Both the position numbers and the translations under genes were made by a program. A stretch of DNA of 55,032 bases from the IMG/VR virus record IMGVR_UViG_3300045020_000011, positions 1 to 55,032 of that record; one strand, given 5' to 3'. Positions within the stretch are counted from its first letter, which is position 1. Every line of letters begins with the position of its first letter. The DNA comes from a virus (lineage: Duplodnaviria; Caudoviricetes). Shown here piece by piece: positions 11,101 through 20,256 of this stretch. Below the pieces are notes generated by a model, which was not told where the DNA came from, ran no database searches, and was given only the letters and a program-made list of their open reading frames with translations.

Positions 11101-12968
11101 GCTATCTGACCAGCGATGCGGCCAAGATGCTTGGTGCATTGAAGCACGCGAAGGAGAAGGAAGGAATCTTTGGTGCGGAAGGGAAAAAGGCTTGGGAGAA
11201 CCAGAAGCAGAACGCTGACCAGGGGATGAAGTCCCAACTTAGCTACGCTGAGAATATGATCAAGTGGTCAAACATGCAAGATGCGGCTACTCAACTCAAG
11301 CAGATGTTGAGTGATCCTGATCTGCAAGACAAGCCCAATGCTAAGTCGTACGTCACTGACTACCTGAACAACGCTCTTGGTCATACTCGCTCAGCAATGC
11401 GCGATGCTATGAATGGGTTATTGAATGGGGTAGCTAATATAGCGGGGGTAGGTCCCAGCGTATTCCGTGGAATGAACAACTTCCAGAAGAGTGCTCTGCT
11501 TCAAATGTGGCTTGGCTTCTTCCGTATCCCCCATGCTATGCTAACGCTTACTCAGTTCTTCCAGAGTAACCCAGCGTTTGCACGGATGGTTAATGCACGT
11601 GGTATTGATGACGTTCACTTCTGGTCCAGTACCCTCAAGGGAACCAGTACAGCTTTCAAGATGATGCAGGAAGCGTTGGGTAGGCAAACCAACATGTCTG
11701 ACCGTGAGCGGGCCATCAGTGACTACAACAAGAAGAACCAAGTGTTTGCAGTTAACTTGAAGGACCATCTGTCTGACATTAACAACGAAGGTCCGATCAG
11801 TAGATTCATGCCGGGAGGCAGGTTGTGGAATGCAATCACTGAGGCTAACATCACATACCCTGAACTAGCATTGCGTTCAGTAACGTTCAGCACTTGGGCG
11901 CATGCCCTGGCTGACTCTGGTATGCCACTGAAGGAAGCACTTGGTACTGCGGAGAACTTCACACGTGGTGCCCTGGTGGACTACCGTCCTATCGAGCGTC
12001 CGTTGATCTTTGGTAAGATGGGATTCATGGGAGATATTGCATCTACCCTGACTCGCTTCAAAGCTAACCAGCTTAGCCAGCATGTGTACTTCGGTAAGAA
12101 CGCAATCAAGCAAGGAGACATTACGCCTCTGGCTACACTGCTTGGTACGTCGATTGCCTTTGCTGGTGCCAGCGGATTGCTTGGATTTGCTGAGGCTAAT
12201 GAACTCTATCGTGAGTACTCGAAGTGGATTGCTGGTAAGCCGGATACGTTGAAAGCAGTGTTCCTTCGTAACCTACCGGATTGGGCGAACTATGGACTGT
12301 TCAGCCAGCTTGGTATCAACATGCAAGGTAGCTACTCGAATGCGGATACCATCCCATCTGATCCATTGGCAGCTATGTTCCCGACGGGTTCTACCCTGAC
12401 TGATATGGCTAAGTCAGTTGGTGAGTTGGCTCTGCATCACGACAAGGCTACGGCTAAACAGGTTCTATACAACTTCTCACCCACGTCGTTGAAGGGTGTT
12501 GAAGAGAACTATATGTTCAGCCAACCTTCTGGTACGAATGGTAACGTTGAGTTCCACCGTCCTGGTACTGATGAGCTTCAATCAATCCGTAATCCTACGC
12601 AGCAGATGCAACGGAACTTCGCATTCCATCCGTTCCAAGAAGCACGGAACTACGATGTGGCGAATCAGTCGAGAACCATTGAAGGTGACTACTCTGATCT
12701 GCGTGATCTGGATATGAAGCGGTTGACTGACATTATGCAATCACGTCAGCCTACTCAAGCAGAACTCCAATCGTTCAATCAGAGTTACTTTGGTCAACAC
12801 CGGGGTACACCACAGACAATGGAAAATGATATCATGAAGTTCCGTGAAGCTCAGAAGCTGACTCAAGTACAACGAGCTTATGGCGTGTTGAATGCTAATC
12901 CGGGATTACAGGACCTGTATCGTCGTCAAGACCTACAGAATATGAAACTAAAGGATGATAACAAATGA
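8166..12968 (+). CDS. Large internal virion protein with N-terminal lytic transglycosylase (SLT) domain
   Basis: QETSG...AVSPKGAQGIAQVMPDT...AAYNSG...ETNNY SLT motifs; 1600 aa. Confidence 0.85.
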   Translation: MAAIDFGNNSGAPDQGGAVSSSALLAQDALLQAKHPSWPTGGTAAQLGQETSGYDNSAVSPKGAQGIAQVMPDTLKSIEAQTGRKLDPNNVNDQLFIHRYIMDQNLARYNGDPSASVAAYNSGTDPSKWNNPETNNYTRTFDAKTGIDVDSPYMMNAAVQPTTPQQAQPAQNSQQPAIDFGPTNSAPPSNVDFGDKPVDNSLWENLKGLGMQAANIVGGGLESIPIAAHAAYEGLRQGSLGAVAQTGAQDFSKYSPESGLNALGVNTDALHNTAGYQLPAQAMNFAFDTVPGVLGEGLARTGELEAGMSPSQFTPEAAQQGKNIVQAGMILSPLAEIPHAFGALTHGGPSEAELAAQKFANHDNEPTGMPPATTPGQMPWEMGPQPEGGGPLQGQPNAGPERPPIAMNSQGIGIDPLQPVTAEMNGAEQARNRMGPNEGPQLPEGVDPMAAKVADFNTAVQSGHMFSQGDLFNDLDQRQVDQYGTRQYDDEELKTPPRPLNRDEFDQTLENLASQVDDQGRPKTGFELPEPDDRDAAYDKYLETVTDKQGGLLDRPTIADNFAKAIDESIVAERVANHPAVKAAQNEVNRLQDQIAATQGFDKQAPLQQALQTAKDTLAKATANVTKFFKDSFPKTQSEDGITYLHAGLRPPDWLLNGIGNMLKAFHGLVFRQAAKLIRKPTNLDSFAKIVRSGIADRINREVNRNWETEKNGNAVDHIQSGPLGKFDAIKEWIPDDRPYEELKQDFMGAPDMDSNMLTKNMGAQGGLWASAISKNPMVKYAYTKINGAQKAIDLQTKMLLTDKKTGLQAKMRALTAAEKGEIYAHMDLNEGKRAFTDAELQRAGFNDRQIDYYRTHQEVMGKILDQVNDARSKIGLDPIDPRIAYMSSRFVGDFRSLVYQKGTGHIVGFIGHNYRPALRAIIRHIDEQNPGKYDFEKPTLNKPDMQHPMNMFQGYMNALDMLSKTDSDVKAIVDSYRSYLTSDAAKMLGALKHAKEKEGIFGAEGKKAWENQKQNADQGMKSQLSYAENMIKWSNMQDAATQLKQMLSDPDLQDKPNAKSYVTDYLNNALGHTRSAMRDAMNGLLNGVANIAGVGPSVFRGMNNFQKSALLQMWLGFFRIPHAMLTLTQFFQSNPAFARMVNARGIDDVHFWSSTLKGTSTAFKMMQEALGRQTNMSDRERAISDYNKKNQVFAVNLKDHLSDINNEGPISRFMPGGRLWNAITEANITYPELALRSVTFSTWAHALADSGMPLKEALGTAENFTRGALVDYRPIERPLIFGKMGFMGDIASTLTRFKANQLSQHVYFGKNAIKQGDITPLATLLGTSIAFAGASGLLGFAEANELYREYSKWIAGKPDTLKAVFLRNLPDWANYGLFSQLGINMQGSYSNADTIPSDPLAAMFPTGSTLTDMAKSVGELALHHDKATAKQVLYNFSPTSLKGVEENYMFSQPSGTNGNVEFHRPGTDELQSIRNPTQQMQRNFAFHPFQEARNYDVANQSRTIEGDYSDLRDLDMKRLTDIMQSRQPTQAELQSFNQSYFGQHRGTPQTMENDIMKFREAQKLTQVQRAYGVLNANPGLQDLYRRQDLQNMKLKDDNK

Positions 12969-13537
12969 ATCAGTCGATGACTTACTCTAACAATGGGTTA
13001 GCACTGACCCAGCACTTCGAGGGGTGTGTTCTTGAGTCGTATCAAGATATCACTGGAGTGTGGACGATTGGTTATGGACATACATCAGGCGTAACCCCTG
13101 GGATGACCTGTACCCAAGAACAAGCTACGCAGTGGTTGAGTGAAGATGTACAAGGTGCCGTGTATGCAGTCAATACGATGGTTACTGTACCTCTGAATCA
13201 GAACCAGTTCGATGCTCTTGTGGACTTCACCTTTAATCTGGGGAGTGGTAATCTCAAGTCCTCTACTCTGTTACGGTTACTGAATGCTGGTAACTACGAT
13301 GGAGCAGCAGCGCAGTTCCCCTTGTGGAATCATGCTGGTGGTGTGGTAGTTCCTGGACTCACTACTCGTCGGGATGCTGAAATGAAACTGTTCAATACCC
13401 CGATGGATGCAACAGTTACTACTCCAGTTACTACGACACCTACTGTCAGTACTGATCCTTTAGAGAGTATTGAGAAGGTGGTCGAAGACCTGGAAGCAGC
13501 CATCAAACAGCTACAAGATAAGTTCAGTAGCACATAA
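12965..13537 (+). CDS. Endolysin, GH24 lysozyme with C-terminal extension
   Basis: FEG...YQDITGVWTIGYGHT, NQFDALVDFTFNLG, GLTTRRDAE. Confidence 0.92.
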   Translation: MNQSMTYSNNGLALTQHFEGCVLESYQDITGVWTIGYGHTSGVTPGMTCTQEQATQWLSEDVQGAVYAVNTMVTVPLNQNQFDALVDFTFNLGSGNLKSSTLLRLLNAGNYDGAAAQFPLWNHAGGVVVPGLTTRRDAEMKLFNTPMDATVTTPVTTTPTVSTDPLESIEKVVEDLEAAIKQLQDKFSST

Positions 13538-13538
13538 C

Positions 13539-13569
13539 AAAAAAGGCCCCATATGGGGCCTTTCTCTTT
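13539..13569. terminator. Bidirectional intrinsic terminator at the convergence of the two arms
   Basis: A6-GGCCCC-ATAT-GGGGCC-TTTCTCTTT between converging stop codons. Confidence 0.88.
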
Positions 13570-13732
13570 AGTACCACTCATCATCCTCGTCATCAGTACC
13601 ATCATCCCATACATCACGGAACCACGTTACTCGGACGAATCCAAGATCAGCATTGATTACGAACCCAACCTCTGGGATATCTGCGTACTCAAGTCCAATA
13701 CTCAAACCATTAATTTGCTGAAATCTAAACAT
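13568..13732 (-). CDS. Small acidic hypothetical protein (54 aa, below the track cutoff)
   Basis: MFRFQQINGLSIGLEYADIP...DDGTDDEDDEWY; TGATG-coupled to the RNR stop. Confidence 0.65.
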   Translation of the reverse strand: MFRFQQINGLSIGLEYADIPEVGFVINADLGFVRVTWFRDVWDDGTDDEDDEWY

Positions 13733-15606
13733 CAAAGTATCTCACAGCTACCGGCGGAGCAAGCATACTCCTGGCTACCATTAGTTGTATCCTCTGCCAG
13801 TTCATAACTGTCGAACTCATTCCAATTGATGCGTGGAAAAGCCACAGCCAACCTATCATATTCATCTTTAGTTATATCCTGGTATGGTGCCTGTTGGTAA
13901 ACGTGCTCACTATGCGGAAGGAATGACACCCCTCCAATCTCATCCATATGCTTGTACACCCAAGCACCTACATCGAACCATTCGGACTCTCTAACATACA
14001 CAGTAATGCTAGGATTATGCTCGCACCAATGACGCTTAAAAAGCAGGTAATGCTCAAGCTGTTGAACAGCAGTCCGATCCCCGCGCAACACGGAACCGCT
14101 AGGAGCAGCAATGGGGAACGAGAAGACAAGGTTTGAGCCATTCGTAACATCCACTTCACACGGAACTCCCTTCTCTTTCAGGAACGTAGCCAGCGGGTCT
14201 TTAACATCGGCTCGAACAGTTCGGATATAAAATGAATTATGTCGAGGGTGAATCCCACTAGCAGAATCCACCAACTGACTGACAGTACCGGAAGGCTTAA
14301 CAGTAGTGATAGCAGCAGACTGAGCAATACCAAGTTTTTCAGCCCACTCTTTATTCGTGTTAATCGACTCATCTTTCAGAGACCGTAGTATAGTTTCCAG
14401 AGAATCGGAGGCATGATTAAGAAGGTGATTGTCCATAATACCAGTAAGACTGACACCCAGAAGTCTTTCCTCTTCAGCATTTATTTTCCACTGTTTACGG
14501 ATGTATCGGAAGTCCGTAAGAGTCGATTGAAAAGTTCCGAGGATACTTGCGATTCTAACTTTTCGTTTAAGGTCATCAACGCTGTCTGTACTTCGGACAA
14601 CAACTTCGGTAAGGTTGCAGAAACCAAAGGGTCGCAGGATGATTTCCCCACAAGGGTTTGTCCCAAACTCCCAACCCGCATCTCGGCGTCCTGTAGACTC
14701 TGCTTGACGTTTTGCAGAGACCCGATTAAAAATACCACGTTCTCCAGACTTAGATTCATAGAGTGCCGTCCATTCCTTTAGGAAGATTCCCACATCTGGA
14801 GTCTCCGTGTAGCTAACCGAATTATTAGCAAGAGCACGTTGACCGCTGGCTTCCCACCAAGCCCCATTCTTTGCATTACGCATGCGCTCGTCTGTAAGAT
14901 TAGACAGACTAATGAGAGCACTGCGTCGCACACCCCCAACCACGACAATTTGAGCAATCTTGCAAACAAGGTCATGACATTCCAGTGAGTTTAACTTTCT
15001 CCCAGCAGCCTGCCGGAAGAGGGCGGTAGTAAATCGGAAAAGGTCGGCCAGAGGATCAGGTCCCGAAGCGCGTCCACCAAACGTTCTGAGTCGTGCACCG
15101 GCAGGGCGAATTCGAGATAGATCCCATCGTGGCGCTTGACCTGTATATAGTAGTGCGAGCAGTTGTCTAAAGCCTGATGCCCAGCCTTGCTTACTGTCAG
15201 CCACAACAATGGTTGTTTCACTGTCATATATCTTCTCGGGAATCTCCGGTAGCTTATTGATGAACTGACGTTCAACTGAGAACCCAACGCCAGTGCCACA
15301 CATCAGTACAAACATCAACTCATCGAAACAACGAACGTCTTGAATCGGTAGGTAACTACAGTTGTATCCAGCGACGTTATCTCGTTCCAGAGCCGTACCA
15401 GCGGTCATCAAAGCCCGCATGGATGGCATTACTTCTAGGTTATGAATGGCACGATAGATATCGTCATATGGAAATGTATCAGGATAGCGAGTAAGCCAGA
15501 AATCACAATAACGAGCAACAGTCTCATCCCACGTCTCCCGTCGTCCCTTGTCATCTAACCAACGTGCGTACCGACTTTTATATACGTAGAACTGGAGATC
15601 ATTCAT
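13732..15606 (-). CDS. nrdJ: Class II (adenosylcobalamin-dependent) ribonucleotide reductase
   Basis: PSMRAL, GTGVGFS, GGVRRSALISL, TNPCGEI, TTVKPSGTVSQL, C-terminal CSAGSC; no NrdB gene. Confidence 0.92.
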   Translation of the reverse strand: MNDLQFYVYKSRYARWLDDKGRRETWDETVARYCDFWLTRYPDTFPYDDIYRAIHNLEVMPSMRALMTAGTALERDNVAGYNCSYLPIQDVRCFDELMFVLMCGTGVGFSVERQFINKLPEIPEKIYDSETTIVVADSKQGWASGFRQLLALLYTGQAPRWDLSRIRPAGARLRTFGGRASGPDPLADLFRFTTALFRQAAGRKLNSLECHDLVCKIAQIVVVGGVRRSALISLSNLTDERMRNAKNGAWWEASGQRALANNSVSYTETPDVGIFLKEWTALYESKSGERGIFNRVSAKRQAESTGRRDAGWEFGTNPCGEIILRPFGFCNLTEVVVRSTDSVDDLKRKVRIASILGTFQSTLTDFRYIRKQWKINAEEERLLGVSLTGIMDNHLLNHASDSLETILRSLKDESINTNKEWAEKLGIAQSAAITTVKPSGTVSQLVDSASGIHPRHNSFYIRTVRADVKDPLATFLKEKGVPCEVDVTNGSNLVFSFPIAAPSGSVLRGDRTAVQQLEHYLLFKRHWCEHNPSITVYVRESEWFDVGAWVYKHMDEIGGVSFLPHSEHVYQQAPYQDITKDEYDRLAVAFPRINWNEFDSYELAEDTTNGSQEYACSAGSCEIL

Positions 15607-15772
15607 CGTTAATTAGTTTTCCCTTTTGTTCAATATAGTCTTCAAGAATCTTCTGAGTCTTTGCGTTACGATGATAATTACGATCCAGGTAGTCTTTGAT
15701 TAGTTCATCAGCTTCGCTTGCATTCGCTTCACTAGCTGCCTTACGCTTGGTACGGAATTCATTCTTCTTCAT
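15599..15772 (-). CDS. Hypothetical protein (57 aa)
   Basis: Fills the gap and overlaps both neighbours; MKKNEFRTKRK... Confidence 0.5.
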   Translation of the reverse strand: MKKNEFRTKRKAASEANASEADELIKDYLDRNYHRNAKTQKILEDYIEQKGKLINDE

Positions 15773-15941
15773 CTGGTTCGCTCAGATACTCAATCAATTG
15801 GTCATACTTATATTCGATCTGGTCCGAAAGAAACTCAACCAGTTCTTCGCTGGTAACATCCAGCAATTCGAGGATAGTTAGTTCGTCTAGCTGTGCAAGG
15901 CGCTCCTTTAGTTCCTCAAGAGTCTTATTAGTGATTAGCAT
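15759..15941 (-). CDS. Small acidic phage hypothetical protein
   Basis: TLEELKERLAQLDELTILELLDVTSEELVE; operon packing. Confidence 0.7.
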   Translation of the reverse strand: MLITNKTLEELKERLAQLDELTILELLDVTSEELVEFLSDQIEYKYDQLIEYLSEPDEEE

Positions 15942-16218
15942 TCAACACCTTCATTCCAAGTTGGACTGCAATGTACCATTCCAAGCTAGCTCCTTTGGAC
16001 TTCCTCCAGCCCTCTAGCATATAGACGCCATCACAATCTACCAATTGTTTAATATCTGCCCGCATGCAGTCCAACCAGTCTGCAAGGATATCAGGATTGA
16101 TACGAGCAGGGTTAATTACCTCATGTCCCATCATTACTAGTTCGTCTTCGGCTTTGAAGAATGCCGGGAAGTTCAGATCGTCGTGGCCTGTCATGGGACC
16201 AGCGATATAGATTCTCAT
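15928..16218 (-). CDS. DUF4406 / nucleoside deoxyribosyltransferase-like protein
   Basis: MRIYIAGPMTG...NFPAF...CDGVYMLEGWRKSKGASLE. Confidence 0.85.
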   Translation of the reverse strand: MRIYIAGPMTGHDDLNFPAFFKAEDELVMMGHEVINPARINPDILADWLDCMRADIKQLVDCDGVYMLEGWRKSKGASLEWYIAVQLGMKVLNANH

Positions 16219-16595
16219 TCCTTGGGTTCCTTCCAAAGATCATCAAGGTCGGGGCGGCGCTTCATAAAATAAGACAGAAACATCCAGCAACAGCCAACAT
16301 GATCAATATGGGGTAGGCCAGATTCGCCATCAATATACTCACCTTTCTTGATAGCCCCAATATGGCGCTCCAGAGCAGCAACCAACCGACTGTACGTAAT
16401 ACCTCCCCGCCAGTTGTGGGCAGCGTACTTCTTGGCACCAAAGGCAAGTACGGCAGCCAGCCCTTCCAGTGCCCAAGGATCGAGTAAATCCATCCGAGGT
16501 TTGTCGCTATCATACTTTAGTCCAGCGGGCTTTTTTATCAAGTCCATCAATGGGTGCATTTCATATTCCCGCATCAGTTCTTGTGTCTTGTCCAT
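16215..16595 (-). CDS. dATP/dGTP diphosphohydrolase domain protein (DUF5664)
   Basis: KYDSDKPRMDLL, FGAKKYAAHNW, ALERH, DGESGLPHIDH. Confidence 0.85.
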   Translation of the reverse strand: MDKTQELMREYEMHPLMDLIKKPAGLKYDSDKPRMDLLDPWALEGLAAVLAFGAKKYAAHNWRGGITYSRLVAALERHIGAIKKGEYIDGESGLPHIDHVGCCWMFLSYFMKRRPDLDDLWKEPKE

Positions 16596-16602
16596 TCTGT
16601 AT

Positions 16603-16803
16603 TTACTCGGAAAGGATAATAGATTGATCGGGGGAAGGTGGTTCAAGTCGTGCCAGACGATCATTTAAATCCAGGATAGCGGTTGCAAGGACATGGAATA
16701 CACTAGAGTTAGCGTGTTGCCAGTCGTTCAGTTGGCCTGACATTAGATTTGACTCAGCCCCCCTTACGAGCAGGGCGAGTTCTGCGTAGTCAATACGATC
16801 CAT
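16603..16803 (-). CDS. Hypothetical protein
   Basis: Operon packing. Confidence 0.5.
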   Translation of the reverse strand: MDRIDYAELALLVRGAESNLMSGQLNDWQHANSSVFHVLATAILDLNDRLARLEPPSPDQSIILSE

Positions 16804-16972
16804 TTATGATGTTCCATTTAAGAAATTCGAGAACTCCGATTACCGTACCCATAGGTACAGACTCATATCTATCTGAGTTAATGACTTCATAGAGTTCATC
16901 TTGCAGCTTACTGATAATTGGATTCCCTCTATGAAGGTCAATAACCTCAGCCGTCGGCTCGCTCATCTTCAT
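16790..16972 (-). CDS. Hypothetical protein
   Basis: Operon packing; IGVLEFLK. Confidence 0.55.
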   Translation of the reverse strand: MKMSEPTAEVIDLHRGNPIISKLQDELYEVINSDRYESVPMGTVIGVLEFLKWNIINGSY

Positions 16973-17099
16973 ATTCCTTTATAGCCCGCACAGCATCGAA
17001 GATCATCTGCGCTGCATACTCGAACATATATTCATATTCAGGAGCTTCGTAGATGGAGTTAATGGCTAAGGCAAGCTTGTACTCTCGTTCACTTACCAT
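16947..17099 (-). CDS. Hypothetical protein (50 aa)
   Basis: MVSEREYKLALAINSIYE...; fills the gap. Confidence 0.5.
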   Translation of the reverse strand: MVSEREYKLALAINSIYEAPEYEYMFEYAAQMIFDAVRAIKEYEDERADG

Positions 17100-17853
17100 A
17101 GCGACGCTCCAGGTAGTCAAGGCTCACGAACATTTCGTCAAATTCTCCATCATCAACCTCGTTAAGCACAACGACACCGCGCCAATGTTTATTTCCTTGG
17201 GGTCCCATATAGTCTTCATTATGCTCGTAACACGATCCAGCAATAATGCTTGCAATTCGTCGTCCGTCAGCACGGTATCCATATGCAACCTGTCGTCCTT
17301 GTTGGTGCCCTGCTATGCAGGACATATGCTTCTTTGTAAGAGTGAGTTGAGCGGAGCTAATAGGACGCCCGGCAACACCACTGACGAAATAGTGGCTATA
17401 AGCAACACCGTCAATAACAACAACGTCAAGATACGGGTGTACCGTCCAACCATAAGCTTCATAGTTAAGATCGCCGATTGATATAGTCCCGTCAAGCTTA
17501 GGATCACCATTAACCACCCGATCAATTCGATCTTCATGATTCCCCAGTGTCAATACCATACGTGGTTTATATTGCTTCTTACTGTTCTTACGCTGTCGTT
17601 GATTGAATTCCTCAATAGGTTCGAGCAACCGAGCCATAGCCATATGCGATGCTTCCACGTCAGCCTTATAGCGCCGACCCTCAAAAGACTTCTTACCCAC
17701 ATCATAACTTGACAGTGAGGCCATGTCGGCGAAATCTCCGATATTAACCAGTACATCAGGCTGCTGATCGACAATGTATTTGCCGATACGTTCCAGGTAA
17801 TCATAGTTTCCACCAACTTTAACTTGACAGTCAGGAATGATAAAGTGACGCAT
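17089..17853 (-). CDS. Calcineurin-like metallophosphoesterase
   Basis: IIPDCQ, IGDFAD, GNHE, SHY, GHQQ motifs. Confidence 0.88.
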   Translation of the reverse strand: MRHFIIPDCQVKVGGNYDYLERIGKYIVDQQPDVLVNIGDFADMASLSSYDVGKKSFEGRRYKADVEASHMAMARLLEPIEEFNQRQRKNSKKQYKPRMVLTLGNHEDRIDRVVNGDPKLDGTISIGDLNYEAYGWTVHPYLDVVVIDGVAYSHYFVSGVAGRPISSAQLTLTKKHMSCIAGHQQGRQVAYGYRADGRRIASIIAGSCYEHNEDYMGPQGNKHWRGVVVLNEVDDGEFDEMFVSLDYLERRYGK

Positions 17854-17858
17854 TTTGT

Positions 17859-18050
17859 TTACTGTTCTCCGTCAGGTAACTCGTGTATGTCATGCAGTTC
17901 ATGGGTTTGTGTACTCAAGAAGGGACTGTCGTGTGTTGCGAAGATGGCATCCAATCCACACTCGATTACAAAAGCCAACTCGGCCCCCTCAAGGATTCCT
18001 TGGAAGACTACGCTTCCGTCTGCTCGCTCAACTACCTTTTTGATTTGCAC
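17859..18050 (-). CDS. Hypothetical protein
   Basis: Operon packing. Confidence 0.6.
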   Translation of the reverse strand: MQIKKVVERADGSVVFQGILEGAELAFVIECGLDAIFATHDSPFLSTQTHELHDIHELPDGEQ

Positions 18051-18419
18051 TTATTTAAGCCACTCCGCAGGAATACCCCTCTCAAGAGTTGTCCATTCGT
18101 ATCCATGTTCTTCGGCCCACATGGCGTAGGTCGTCTTAGATACCTTATTGAGTTTCAGATTAGGGTTTTGGAATATGAAGTAGATTTTAATCTCGGGGTG
18201 TTGTTCTTTTATGTGTAGGTGCTTGGCCCTATCACTTGCCCGAAACAAACCTTTCGTTTCAATATACACGTTTTCTTTTACTTTGAAGTCAGGTGTATAG
18301 TGATGCTCTACCGTGTAGCTTATGCGGTCTGGTTCATACGTTACCTTCGGCATCAAATCCGAAGCCCGCTTCTCCAGTCCCGACCTGAAGCCGGTAGGTA
18401 CAGTTCGTCGTCGTCTCAT
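18051..18419 (-). CDS. T7 endonuclease I-like Holliday junction resolvase
   Basis: FRSGLE, YTPDF, IETKGLF, KTTYAMWAEEHG. Confidence 0.92.
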   Translation of the reverse strand: MRRRRTVPTGFRSGLEKRASDLMPKVTYEPDRISYTVEHHYTPDFKVKENVYIETKGLFRASDRAKHLHIKEQHPEIKIYFIFQNPNLKLNKVSKTTYAMWAEEHGYEWTTLERGIPAEWLK

Positions 18420-19089
18420 CCGGTGGTTGCCACATCCTCCCTTCTTGTCGTAGGATAAATAGGAGTTGTGCGTTCAAATGCATTTCCTCAAGTCGTTCAG
18501 GCCCGTACATGGCCTTGCACACTTCGTACATATCCAATTCGGTTTGGAGATCGTTAATGGCACGGGCGGACTTTACTGGTCCGATCCCACCGATCCCACT
18601 AATATTGTCAGTAGTATCACCAGTGAGAAGGCTACGGTAGAGACTACGGAGGCCCTCCAAAGGAGAAACAAGACTGCGTTCATTCTTCCTCCAGTTATAA
18701 TGATAACCTGGAATCTGTTTTAAGTCTTTGTCGATAGAGCAGATAACAGTCGTTCCAAACTCTTCGCTACACTGTTCAATTCCAAGACGGTCATCTGCCT
18801 CGTAGCCATCAGTGAGTGTAGCTCCCCAAGCCGTGATGAGATAAGCTCTCGAATCTTCGAGGTACTGTGGCTTAACTTTATCCTTTCGGTTGGCTTTATA
18901 CTCTGGGTAGATTTCATATCGGAAGTTGTTACTGCCGGTTAGCACAGCGAGGTATGAGTCGCTGTCAGTAGTCTCGATAATACGCTTCATTAGCTGATCG
19001 ATATCTTCCTGACAAGCGGCCCATGAGAACTCGGCATTATACGCTGCGCAACTAAAGCCTACAATGTCAGCATCAATTAGAGCCTTCAA
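18334..19089 (-). CDS. 5'-3' exonuclease (T7 gp6-like)
   Basis: LIDAD, NFR...YKANR, EADD, DKDL, GDTTDNISG. Confidence 0.92.
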   Translation of the reverse strand: MKALIDADIVGFSCAAYNAEFSWAACQEDIDQLMKRIIETTDSDSYLAVLTGSNNFRYEIYPEYKANRKDKVKPQYLEDSRAYLITAWGATLTDGYEADDRLGIEQCSEEFGTTVICSIDKDLKQIPGYHYNWRKNERSLVSPLEGLRSLYRSLLTGDTTDNISGIGGIGPVKSARAINDLQTELDMYEVCKAMYGPERLEEMHLNAQLLFILRQEGRMWQPPDETTTNCTYRLQVGTGEAGFGFDAEGNV

Positions 19090-19389
19090 TCATTCATCCT
19101 GGTTTATTTCAACATGCATCGGTGGAAAGGCATCACCATTGACTCCCATCTTTACATCTTCGTATGGTGCTGCCATCCTTCGGTAGAACTCCATCTTGGC
19201 ACACTCCAGAACTCCAACAGCCGAATTCATGGCGTTGTACCGTTGTGCAAATGCGGCAGACAACAGACGGGTTACGATGTAGTTACACATCCCCGCCTTG
19301 TCGTCTGGAGCCACAAATGACAATGATTGAATGAGTTCCGCGAGAGTGTCGTCTACCTTTGCACGTTCTTCACGGGCAATGTATGGCAT
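19090..19389 (-). CDS. Conserved phage hypothetical protein
   Basis: MPYI...G.CNY...GVLECAKMEFYRRMAAPYED.K...NGD. Confidence 0.75.
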   Translation of the reverse strand: MPYIAREERAKVDDTLAELIQSLSFVAPDDKAGMCNYIVTRLLSAAFAQRYNAMNSAVGVLECAKMEFYRRMAAPYEDVKMGVNGDAFPPMHVEINQDE

Positions 19390-19391
19390 AG

Positions 19392-19610
19392 TTACTCAGC
19401 CTTCGGTGCCTCGGCAGCAACAGGAGCAGCGGGGGCTTCAGCGGCCTTCGGAGCCGCGTCAGGAGCCGGAGTACCCGTCACAGCAGTCGTGCTATCGACA
19501 TGGGCTGAGAACAGCGTGTCGAGCTTGCTTTCGATTGCAGCAAGGCGCGATTGGAGAGCCGTGAATGCGTTCTTAACGTCAGTCTTGAAAGTCGAGAAAA
19601 AAGAGAACAT
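19392..19610 (-). CDS. Small coiled-coil protein with Ala/Pro-rich tail
   Basis: AAGGA RBS before ATG 19610; LQSRLAAIESKLD. Confidence 0.6.
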   Translation of the reverse strand: MFSFFSTFKTDVKNAFTALQSRLAAIESKLDTLFSAHVDSTTAVTGTPAPDAAPKAAEAPAAPVAAEAPKAE

Positions 19611-19650
19611 GTCGTATCCTTTATAGATGATTACTAGGGTTTCAAATGTT

Positions 19651-20226
19651 TTAGAAAGGGATATCTTCGTCCAGAGATTCGATATCTTTGGAAGCAACTT
19701 CTTGACAGGAATTGCGAGTACAGCTATCCAGGACGTAACCTTCAAAATACTTTGCCAGTTCAATTATATCCTCCCGCTTCGGGGCAGTTTTGGCACCCAC
19801 GGAGAGGGTTGCCACAGCATTCGCTAGACTTGACTGACGGATGATGTACACTTGCTTCTTGGCTCGTTCCTCCGGCGTTTCCCAATTGCCCTTGGCGGGT
19901 GCAGTGCTTGCACTTGAATTGCCACGGCCAGCCGAAGAGGTAGCACCCGCGTCTGCCGCAGGCTGTGCAACTGTACCCTTCGTTACCTTTACCCAATCGT
20001 TGTACCCCGCAGTGTTCTTAACCACTTCCACATCAAAGATCGTGGTAGGTGTTGCTGTAGCCAGCGTCTTAAAAGAATCGGCCTGTACGCCGAAGTCAAA
20101 CAGCTTCTTCGACTCTACCTTGCCTTGAAAGGTCAAGTTCTTGTATGCTACTTCCAGGACTTGCATGGGCTTGCCCTTGCTGTTGGTCTGGGTCGTAACT
20201 TGGTTGCTCAAAAGTTGAATCTGCAA
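19651..20226 (-). CDS. Single-stranded DNA-binding / annealing protein
   Basis: OB-like N-terminus, IIRQSSL, acidic C-terminal tail LDEDIPF; GGAG RBS with TTG start. Confidence 0.7.
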   Translation of the reverse strand: MQIQLLSNQVTTQTNSKGKPMQVLEVAYKNLTFQGKVESKKLFDFGVQADSFKTLATATPTTIFDVEVVKNTAGYNDWVKVTKGTVAQPAADAGATSSAGRGNSSASTAPAKGNWETPEERAKKQVYIIRQSSLANAVATLSVGAKTAPKREDIIELAKYFEGYVLDSCTRNSCQEVASKDIESLDEDIPF

Positions 20227-20256
20227 TGTGCTCTCCTAGTGTTGATATATAATATC

